From assembly GCA_038231455.1 (NCBI GenBank), contig JBBRLI010000001.1, positions 224,001 through 288,000 on the forward strand: a DNA stretch of 64,000 nt. Direction: 5' to 3'. Position numbers and translations under genes: made by a program. The stretch is from Vulcanimicrobiales bacterium. Its GTDB lineage: Bacteria > Vulcanimicrobiota > Vulcanimicrobiia > Vulcanimicrobiales > Vulcanimicrobiaceae. Position 1 is the first letter of the stretch. Every line of letters starts with the position of its first letter. Shown here one piece after another: positions 18,942 to 26,701 of this stretch. The notes beneath the pieces are model-generated. The model was not told the DNA's origin and ran no database searches. It was given only the letters and a program-made list of their open reading frames with translations.

Positions 18942-19711
18942 AATTCCAACGCCTGCTCGGATCGGCCGCGGCTATCGCCGTCGTCGCTTCCGCAGCACTC
19001 ATCTACAACGTGTTCCCGGCTCACGGCTCGGATCACCAAGATGCCCCAACGCTCATCGCGCATCCGGCGGCAGACATCACCGATGTCTTTGTCTTCCCGA
19101 GCCCCGCGAACGCAGCGAACGTCGTCCTTGCGATGGACACGCATCCGCTCATCCCCAAAGGAATGGGCGCGCAGACTTATTTTGACCCGCAGGTCATGTA
19201 TCAATTTAAGATCTCGCACGCCGCATCGGGCGTCGAAGATCAGGTCATCCAGTTCAAAGTGAACGGTTCGGATCAAAACCAGACGATCACCGTTTACGGT
19301 CCGGGCGCACCAAATGCAAGCGGCGTCAATTCGACGTTCTTGCCGACCGCGGCCGGTACCGTGACGTACAACCAAAGCGCAACGCTTCCCAATGGCATCC
19401 AAGTCTTTGCGGGACCGCGCTCAGACCCGTTCTACTTCGACCTCTTCCAGTTTTTCAAAATCATCCCGGATCGCAATCAGGCAAACCAGCCGAACCCGCC
19501 CGCTGCGACGGCAGGATCGTTTAACGGATTCACCACCGCCTTCAATCAGGCGAACAGCTCGAGCTGCTCGACCGCTCAAGCCGTCGACGCACTCTCATCG
19601 AACAACTTCAATGTGCTTTCGCTCGTTGTCGAAGTTCCGAAAGCCCTGCTCACAACGTCGTCACCCGTGATTCACGTGTACGCGACGACCAGCACGCAGT
19701 CCGGTACGTAG
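18938..19711 (+). CDS. Secreted DUF4331-family protein
   Basis: Signal peptide then SDHQDAP...ADITDVFVF and VFAGPRSDPFYFDL; GGAGAGG RBS. Confidence 0.75.
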   Translation: MKFQRLLGSAAAIAVVASAALIYNVFPAHGSDHQDAPTLIAHPAADITDVFVFPSPANAANVVLAMDTHPLIPKGMGAQTYFDPQVMYQFKISHAASGVEDQVIQFKVNGSDQNQTITVYGPGAPNASGVNSTFLPTAAGTVTYNQSATLPNGIQVFAGPRSDPFYFDLFQFFKIIPDRNQANQPNPPAATAGSFNGFTTAFNQANSSSCSTAQAVDALSSNNFNVLSLVVEVPKALLTTSSPVIHVYATTSTQSGT

Positions 19712-19723
19712 GAGAACACCAAC

Positions 19724-20353
19724 ATGCAAGACTTCATCAAGTCCTTCGCCGGAACGATCGCAGCAGTCGCCGGTATCGCCGGCCTGGCAAGTTGCGGCGG
19801 CGGCAGCTCCACCTCACTCCCGCCAGCGCCGAACCAATACGTTCAGATCGAGCGCCTCGCGCGCCCGGCCGTTAAAGAACTGTTCCAAAACTATCAGGCT
19901 CATGATTCTACCAACCGCGCGACTCCGTACAGCGATCCCACGCTCCCGGCCGCGATCAACAGCTTCATGACCGGCGTTGCCGGCCGCTCGCCCGCAATCG
20001 CAAACGCCGTGCAAGGCGTGCTCATCCCCGATGAAATCGCAGCAGATCTCTCGCAAAGCGCGACCTCGGCGGCGTACCTCGGTGTCGAAACCGGCGGCGC
20101 GACGGGTAATAAGTTCGGCGGACGCGATCTGCTCTCGCCCGTCATCGACATCTCGCTCGGCGTCGTGTTCGGCAAAACCGTTCCCGCGCTCTTCTCGACC
20201 ATCCCAGATGACAAAAAAGAAAGCCCCTGCCTAACGACGCAAAACGTGCCTTTGACGGTGCCCGGTGGCAACGCCCAATACACGTCGGCCGCACAAATCG
20301 GTGCGGCGAATAACGAGACGGCAACGTTCCCGTATCTCGGGACGCCGCACTAA
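19724..20353 (+). CDS. DUF4331-family lipoprotein
   Basis: Lipobox LASC; YVQIERLARPAV, GGRDL...VIDISL and terminal FPYLGTPH; AGGAG RBS. Confidence 0.75.
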   Translation: MQDFIKSFAGTIAAVAGIAGLASCGGGSSTSLPPAPNQYVQIERLARPAVKELFQNYQAHDSTNRATPYSDPTLPAAINSFMTGVAGRSPAIANAVQGVLIPDEIAADLSQSATSAAYLGVETGGATGNKFGGRDLLSPVIDISLGVVFGKTVPALFSTIPDDKKESPCLTTQNVPLTVPGGNAQYTSAAQIGAANNETATFPYLGTPH

Positions 20354-20358
20354 CTCTC

Positions 20359-21684
20359 GTGCGACCTCAGACCCTGTGGGCAGTGGCAGCGAGCGCGGTA
20401 ATCGCGCTCGCTGCCTGGCCCGCCTTCGTCAAAGTCAGTGCGGCCCACGCGATGGCACCCGCATCGACGGCGACGCCGGCGCCGCCCAATCGCGACGATC
20501 TGCGCCGCGATGCCATCGTCTCCGCACTCGAAGCGCAACTGAAAAAGAATGGGCCGAATTTCCTTGTGCCCCGTCTTCTTTCCGCGCAATACTTGCAGCG
20601 ATACCGCGAGCGCGGCGACATCGACGATGTTCTACGCGCGCAGCACGTCGCCCAACTTTCTCTCACCGCGCAAACGCGCGGTAACATCGCAGGCGATCTC
20701 TCGATGGCAAGCGCCCTGCTGACGCTTCACCGATTTAAAGAAGCTCGCGGCTATGTCGATACGGCGGTTCGATCCGCCCCAAGCGAAGACGCTTTCGTTG
20801 CGGAGGAAGCCTCGCTCGACCTCGAGACCGGTGCGTACGAACGCGCCAAACGCGAACTCGCGCGCATTTCGCCGCGCGGCGCGAGTTCCGAACCCGTCAA
20901 AACGATTCAGTCGCGATACGACGAGCTAACCGGCAGCCTCGATGAGGCGCGACGTTTGCTCGCAAGCGTGACGACAACGATGGATACGTACTACGATCTC
21001 TCCGCCGAACGACGTGCCTGGTTCCACATGCGCTTAGGTGAAATGGCCTTCACGGCCGGTGATGTCGATGAAGCGGTCAAAGACGAACGCGACGCACTTG
21101 CCATTTTTCCAAACGACAGTCGGGCATTCAATGCGCTTGCACGGATCGAACTTGCTCGTCACCACGATAAAGACGCGCTCGACGCCGCGACGCGCGGTGC
21201 GGCGATCCTCCCGCTGCCGGAGACACTCGGCTACCAATCGGACGCCCAACGCGCACTTGGCGATGCGGCATCCGCCGACCGTGCGCGCGATGAGATCGAA
21301 GCAATCGAGAAAATCGGCAACGCGCAGCGCGTGAACGACCGGCTCCTAGCCATCTATTATGACGAACACGATCTGAAACTCGATGATGCCTATGCGATCG
21401 CCAAGCGCGAAATCGCGGTCCGTGACGACGTTTTCGCGGAAGACACCCTTGCCTGGGCGGCGGCGAAAATCGGCAAGTGGGACGAAGCCTTGGGATTGAT
21501 TCGCAAGGCGCGCCGATACGGGACCCAAGATTCGCGAATGTTGTATCATGCCGGCGTGATCGAAGAGCACTTCGGGAATTCTAGCGCCGCGAAGTCTGCA
21601 TTCACACGCGCCATCGCCCTCAACGCGTCGTTTCATCCGACGTACGCCGACGACGCGCGCAAGCGCTTACAGACGCTCCTTTAA
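20359..21684 (+). CDS. Exported TPR protein
   Basis: N-terminal hydrophobic segment, many TPR-like repeats, DTLAWA..K.G and YHAGVI motifs. Confidence 0.8.
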   Translation: MRPQTLWAVAASAVIALAAWPAFVKVSAAHAMAPASTATPAPPNRDDLRRDAIVSALEAQLKKNGPNFLVPRLLSAQYLQRYRERGDIDDVLRAQHVAQLSLTAQTRGNIAGDLSMASALLTLHRFKEARGYVDTAVRSAPSEDAFVAEEASLDLETGAYERAKRELARISPRGASSEPVKTIQSRYDELTGSLDEARRLLASVTTTMDTYYDLSAERRAWFHMRLGEMAFTAGDVDEAVKDERDALAIFPNDSRAFNALARIELARHHDKDALDAATRGAAILPLPETLGYQSDAQRALGDAASADRARDEIEAIEKIGNAQRVNDRLLAIYYDEHDLKLDDAYAIAKREIAVRDDVFAEDTLAWAAAKIGKWDEALGLIRKARRYGTQDSRMLYHAGVIEEHFGNSSAAKSAFTRAIALNASFHPTYADDARKRLQTLL

Positions 21685-21686
21685 AA

Positions 21687-21728
21687 TGTCTACAACGTAG
21701 ACGATCCAGCTCGATTCGGACCGCGTTT
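21687..21728 (+). promoter_or_regulatory. Palindrome TGTCTAC-N3-GTAGAC followed by GATCC-N16-CGTTT (copy 2)
   Basis: Upstream of the TonB-dependent receptor; matches the 16412 element. Confidence 0.6.
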
Positions 21729-21791
21729 TGCGTGGTAGGGTGGTCACACCGCACCGGGCCGAAGGATAGAATCTTGCGTTGTTTTCGAGTT

Positions 21792-24257
21792 GTGCTGCCA
21801 GTGACCGCATTCGTGATCTTGCTGTCCTCCTGCTTACCGGCGCGCGCGCAAAGTCGTCCCGGTGCCGAAACGGCTCCCAGCGCGCGAATGACTGCGACGG
21901 GTTCCATTTACGGGGTCGTCTCCGGACCCGATGGCTTCGAGCTTTTCGGCGCAACGGTCACGCTATCCGGGACCCCGACGCGAATTACGACGACCGACGC
22001 TAGTGGTGCCTTTCGTTTCGACGACGTTGAGGCAGGTCCGCACCGCTTTCGTGTAACCCTCTCCGGGTACGGCGATGCACGTGAAGACGCAATTGCGATC
22101 GACGATCGCGCGGTAACCGTTCGTCTCTACCCGGCAATCGTCGGAGAGTCCCCGAAAAACGACTGCAAGTCGGGAGTCGTGCGAGCGAAATCGTCGCCAT
22201 GTTCGTCGCCGGATCTGAAGACAATCGGACGTGTGCAGGCCCGCGGTCGTGCGGAAAATCTCATCGGCACGGCGACTTCCGCGGCCGAAGGGTTTGTGGG
22301 ACACGCCGAACTAGAGAAGCGACCGATCCTGCGTCCAGGCGAACTGCTAGAAACCGTTCCCGGTGTGGTCATCTCGCAACACTCCGGCGAAGGCAAAGCG
22401 AACCAGTACTATTTACGAGGATTCAATCTCGATCACGGCACCGACATCGCGGTTACGGTCGGTGGTGTCCCAGCGAATATGCGCACCCATGCGCACGGTC
22501 AAGGCTATTCCGACATCAACTGGCTGATCCCTGAGACGGTCAACTATGTGAATTATCGCAAGGGTACCTATAACGCAGACCAGGGCGACTTCTCAACTGC
22601 TGGGGCCGTCAACATGGCGTATTTTAATACGTTACCGCAGAGTATTCTCACCGTGGTGGGCGGACCGTACGGACAAGCGCGCTTCCTGCTCGCTGAGTCT
22701 CCCGCGGTTGCTAAGGACATGCATCTGCTTTACGCCCTCGAATACGCTCACGAAGACAATACGGCACTCGACAAGGACAACTATCGCAAGTACAACGCGC
22801 TCGTGCGCCTGAGCCGTCAGTCCGGAAATTCGTTCTTCGATATAACCGCGCAGGCGTACGATGCAACCTGGAATTCTTCCGACCAAATTCCGTTACGAGC
22901 GGTCCAGCGAGGTGACATAAGCCGCTTTGGACAGATCGACCCAACCGACGGTGGCCGAACGCACCGCTATGTACTATCGACGGACTACGCGCACAGCGAC
23001 GAACGTTCGTCGACACAATTTGTCGCGTACGCGCTCGACTATCGTCTGCGCCTTTTCTCCGACTTCACGTATTTCCTTAGCGATCCGGCCAATAAGGATC
23101 AATTCGAACAGACGGACCAGCGGCTCGTACTCGGAGTCAACGCAAGTCATACGCTACACACCCGTTCCGCCGGCGATTACACCGTCGGCTATCAAATGCG
23201 CAACGACAACATCACCCCGGTATCGCTCTATGCGACTGCCGCGCAGCGTATTCTCAGTACGACGCGTATCGATCGCGTGCTCGAGACAAGCAATGCGCTC
23301 TACGTACAAGCCGACCGTCATTTCTCGAGCAAACTTCGCTTCACCGCTGGACTTCGCGGAGATCTTTACGCGTTCAAAGTCAAGGATTTGCGCCCCGAAA
23401 ATTCGGGCACGACGACGGCCGGAATTATCAGTCCCAAAGCCGCTCTCGCTTATACGGTGAGCCCGAAAACGGAATTTTACGCGGATTTTGGCACCGGGTT
23501 TCATAGTAACGACGCACGCGGAGTTACCGAGCACGTCGATCCGGGAACGGGCCTGAGGACCGACCCGGGCACCGGTCAAATCGTTCAGGGCGCAACCCCG
23601 CTTGTTCGCGCGGTCGGATCGGAGGTCGGCGCGCGCTTTCTGTTCGGGAACGGACTCCGGACGACCGTCTCCCTTTGGAATCTCTTGCTCGGATCCGAAC
23701 TCGTTTTTCAGGGCGATGCCGGAACCACCTCACCAGGACGCCCTAGTCATCGGTACGGCATCGAATTTGCAAACTTCTGGACGCTGAACAAGAATACAAC
23801 ACTCGATGTTGACTATTCGACATCGACTGCTAAGTTCACCGACTACGATCCGGTTGGCCAACATATTCCCGGGTCGGTCAAAGACGTGCTGACCTTTGGA
23901 ATCACGAAAGATGCGTACAAAGCCTTTGGCAGTCTGCGGCTGCGATACTTCGGGCCCCGTCCGCTCATCGAAGACGCAAGCGTCTCGTCAAATCCAACGA
24001 CCACCGTTAGCCTGCAAGCCGGCATCAAGCCCGCAAAAGGGATTAAACTGCAGCTGGACATCTTCAACTTGCTCAACGCCAAAACAAGCGACATCGATTA
24101 CTATTATAATTCCTCGATCCCAAGTGACCCCGCGTACACAAAGCCCGGCTACGCCGGAGCTTGCCCGATCGATCAATGCGGTGTCGGCGTGCCCGACGTG
24201 CACTTCCATCCGATCGAGCGACGCTTACTGCGCTTTACGCTCAGCAAGCAATTTTGA
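21792..24257 (+). CDS. TonB-dependent receptor, probably Ni/Co related
   Basis: Signal peptide, N-terminal carboxypeptidase-regulatory-like domain, plug QHSGEGKANQYYLRGFNLDHG...THAHGQGY, FNLLN and terminal Phe; start GTG 21792 (or 21732). Confidence 0.9.
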   Translation: MLPVTAFVILLSSCLPARAQSRPGAETAPSARMTATGSIYGVVSGPDGFELFGATVTLSGTPTRITTTDASGAFRFDDVEAGPHRFRVTLSGYGDAREDAIAIDDRAVTVRLYPAIVGESPKNDCKSGVVRAKSSPCSSPDLKTIGRVQARGRAENLIGTATSAAEGFVGHAELEKRPILRPGELLETVPGVVISQHSGEGKANQYYLRGFNLDHGTDIAVTVGGVPANMRTHAHGQGYSDINWLIPETVNYVNYRKGTYNADQGDFSTAGAVNMAYFNTLPQSILTVVGGPYGQARFLLAESPAVAKDMHLLYALEYAHEDNTALDKDNYRKYNALVRLSRQSGNSFFDITAQAYDATWNSSDQIPLRAVQRGDISRFGQIDPTDGGRTHRYVLSTDYAHSDERSSTQFVAYALDYRLRLFSDFTYFLSDPANKDQFEQTDQRLVLGVNASHTLHTRSAGDYTVGYQMRNDNITPVSLYATAAQRILSTTRIDRVLETSNALYVQADRHFSSKLRFTAGLRGDLYAFKVKDLRPENSGTTTAGIISPKAALAYTVSPKTEFYADFGTGFHSNDARGVTEHVDPGTGLRTDPGTGQIVQGATPLVRAVGSEVGARFLFGNGLRTTVSLWNLLLGSELVFQGDAGTTSPGRPSHRYGIEFANFWTLNKNTTLDVDYSTSTAKFTDYDPVGQHIPGSVKDVLTFGITKDAYKAFGSLRLRYFGPRPLIEDASVSSNPTTTVSLQAGIKPAKGIKLQLDIFNLLNAKTSDIDYYYNSSIPSDPAYTKPGYAGACPIDQCGVGVPDVHFHPIERRLLRFTLSKQF

Positions 24258-24322
24258 CGGAATCGGAGACCTCGAAGCGCCGATCGCATGCGACTGTTGA
24301 AGGCGCTTTCAACGCACGAGCG

Positions 24323-25384
24323 TTGCAGCGTGTCTTCGACGATAGCCCCAGTCACGTTCGAGCCAAGGTCATCACCCTCTACGCGCTTCTCGGTTCGGCG
24401 ACGGTCATCGCATGGGGACTCGCGTGGGCAGCGTTCGCGAACCGTCCGCTGCTCCTCGGAACCGCCCTTATCGCCTACACGTTCGGCTTACGCCATGCCG
24501 TCGATGCCGATCACATTTCGGCGATTGATAACGTCACGCGCAAGCTCATGCAAGATGGCAAACGTCCCGTCGCCGTCGGATTTTTCTTTTCTCTTGGCCA
24601 CTCGACGGTCGTCGTTGCACTAACGATCGCAATTGCCGTTGCGGCTGCTCTGATCAAAGAGACCATTCCCGGTTTGCAGACGGTCGGCGGGCTAATTGGA
24701 ACGTCTGTCTCGGCGATCTTTCTCTTTGCGATCGCGCTTTTGAACATCGTCATCTTTCTCGAGGTCTATAAAACGTTTCGTCGCGTTCGACGAGGCGAAC
24801 CTTATGACGAGCAGAGCGTCGAGACGTTTCTCAGTAACCGCGGGTTGATCGGGCGTTTTTTTAAGCCGCTCTTCAAATTCATCGGCAAGAGTTGGCACAT
24901 GTATCCGATGGGCGTTCTCTTCGGACTCGGCTTCGATACGGCATCGGAAGTCGGGCTACTCGGGATCGCCGCCGTTGAGGGCGGCAAAGGACTGCCCGTC
25001 TACGATATTCTCATCTTCCCGTTGCTCTTTACCGTCGGCATGTCGCTACTCGACACAACCGACGGCATTTTAATGCTGGGCGCGTACGGATGGGCATACG
25101 TCAAACCTGTGCGCAAACTGTACTACAATATGAACATCACGCTCGTTTCGATCGTCGTTGCGCTCCTGGTTGGATCGATCGAGGCACTCGGTGTGATTGC
25201 GGGTCAGCTGCACTTGAGCGGCCCGTTTTGGTCTCAGGTGAACGCGCTAACCGAGAATTTCGGGATGTTGGGCTTCCTCATCATCGGCGTCTTCTTGCTG
25301 AGTTGGGGAATCTCTACGATGGTCTATCGGATGCGAGGCTACGATCGCCTCGACGCAGCCGAAACACGCGCCGATTCATTATAA
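24323..25384 (+). CDS. hoxN: High-affinity nickel permease (HoxN/NixA, NiCoT)
   Basis: Canonical RHAVDADH, FSLGHS, LGFDTASE and GMSLLDTTDG signatures; TTG start assumed. Confidence 0.9.
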   Translation: MQRVFDDSPSHVRAKVITLYALLGSATVIAWGLAWAAFANRPLLLGTALIAYTFGLRHAVDADHISAIDNVTRKLMQDGKRPVAVGFFFSLGHSTVVVALTIAIAVAAALIKETIPGLQTVGGLIGTSVSAIFLFAIALLNIVIFLEVYKTFRRVRRGEPYDEQSVETFLSNRGLIGRFFKPLFKFIGKSWHMYPMGVLFGLGFDTASEVGLLGIAAVEGGKGLPVYDILIFPLLFTVGMSLLDTTDGILMLGAYGWAYVKPVRKLYYNMNITLVSIVVALLVGSIEALGVIAGQLHLSGPFWSQVNALTENFGMLGFLIIGVFLLSWGISTMVYRMRGYDRLDAAETRADSL

Positions 25385-25726
25385 TCAAACCTTCGCGTTG
25401 TCCGTTTCGCCCGCGATCCGGATGCCATCGGCCGCCAACCACTTCCACAAATGCTTGATGTACTCAGCGCCAAAAGTATCTTCGAGAGCGCGCAAATAAC
25501 TGTGGGCTGCGGAGGCGTCGTGCGCGAGCGTTTCGATGGATCGTCGATGGACGGCCATATAGCCCTCGCGTAGACGCAGGCCCCCATGAATCAACTCGAC
25601 AAGCACTTCGCTCGCAGATTTATGAGTATGTAGCATGAGCCGGGCTTCCAGCCACTCGTCGAGCGGCACGGGGAGCCGCGTCGATCGAACGGGACCCATC
25701 GTGCCGGAACCGCGGGTTCGTGCCAT
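25385..25726 (-). CDS. Small hypothetical protein, possible ribbon-helix-helix DNA-binding protein
   Basis: VRSTRLP..LDEWL.....SASEVLVELIHGGL strand-helix-helix pattern; 3 nt after the His-rich peptide stop. Confidence 0.45.
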   Translation of the reverse strand: MARTRGSGTMGPVRSTRLPVPLDEWLEARLMLHTHKSASEVLVELIHGGLRLREGYMAVHRRSIETLAHDASAAHSYLRALEDTFGAEYIKHLWKWLAADGIRIAGETDNAKV

Positions 25727-25729
25727 GCC

Positions 25730-25912
25730 TTAGTGCTCGTGATCGTGTTCGTGATCGTGCGGATGCGCGTGCTCGGTTCCGTCGCCGTGCCGATGCGCGT
25801 CCTCGCCATCGATATGTACGTGCTGGTGATCGTGGTCGTTGTGGCCGTGTTCGTGCGCATGTTCGATTCCGTCGGCATGCGCGTGTTTGTGAATGTGCTC
25901 GTCGTTCTGCAT
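25730..25912 (-). CDS. His-rich metal-binding peptide (60 aa, 21 His)
   Basis: AGGAAAGG RBS; repeated HxHxDGxxH-like units. Confidence 0.75.
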   Translation of the reverse strand: MQNDEHIHKHAHADGIEHAHEHGHNDHDHQHVHIDGEDAHRHGDGTEHAHPHDHEHDHEH

Positions 25913-25972
25913 GGAGTGCCTTTCCTAGCTCGTCGATCAAAATTCGGCCGCGCTCGGCTCCGTTGCCTTCTT

Positions 25973-26623
25973 CTATAGCACCGGGAAGATCAAAAAAACG
26001 ACGCCAACGAGGGCGATAAACGCGCCACTGATCACTTCGCCATATTTTTCGAACGATCCCAGTCGCACGCGCTGCAATCCGGCCGCCGAGTAGATGCAGA
26101 GCACCACGTATGTTGCGATTGTCGAGATGGCAAACGCGACAGACATGATCGCGATCAGGCCGATGCCATATTTTCCGGCGGCGAAGAACGCCGGTATACC
26201 TTCGACCATTGGCGACGAGCCAAGGATCAAAAGGAGCGCGGTGCGATTCGATCGCGGCGCGTGCCCCGGTAGGTCGTGGTCGTGGTCGTGGTGATGTTCG
26301 GCCGCCGATTGCATCTCGCGGATGGACGAGATCGCGATCCAAGCGCCAAAGCCAATTAGCGCGAGACTCGAGATCATCGACACGATCGAACCGAAACGAG
26401 TCGCAAACGCCGCACCCGCGATCCACACGATGAGCCCGATGAATAAGGTCGAGAGCACATGCCCCGTGCCAGCCCGGAAGGCGGCGAGCGCCGTCTCGCG
26501 TCGCGACCAGCGCTGCTGACGCGCGAGTAAGGTAATTGGTACCCAGTGATCGGGGACGATCGTATGCAACACGCCGACGGCGATGACGGCACCGATCAGG
26601 AGCGCTTGCGGAGCGAAGGTCAT
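25973..26623 (-). CDS. RcnA/UreH-like membrane protein, putative Ni/Co transporter
   Basis: LHTIVPDHWVP, GTGH, a His-rich loop (EHHHDHDH) and about 6 TM helices. Confidence 0.7.
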   Translation of the reverse strand: MTFAPQALLIGAVIAVGVLHTIVPDHWVPITLLARQQRWSRRETALAAFRAGTGHVLSTLFIGLIVWIAGAAFATRFGSIVSMISSLALIGFGAWIAISSIREMQSAAEHHHDHDHDLPGHAPRSNRTALLLILGSSPMVEGIPAFFAAGKYGIGLIAIMSVAFAISTIATYVVLCIYSAAGLQRVRLGSFEKYGEVISGAFIALVGVVFLIFPVL

Positions 26624-26701
26624 ACATCGGGGCTTCGCGCTCGCAACTGAAGCTCACTCCGCAACGGTTGTGCGAAGTGCTCGAAGAAGGGCAAGGCATG
26701 C

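Noticed and set aside
24288-24623. ATG ORF as a frameshifted hoxN N-terminus
   Set aside because: The in-frame TTG at 24323 gives a normal HoxN start; no frameshift is needed
25733-25978. Val-rich + strand ORF
   Set aside because: Antisense mirror of the His-rich peptide (CAC/GTG); the RBS supports the minus strand
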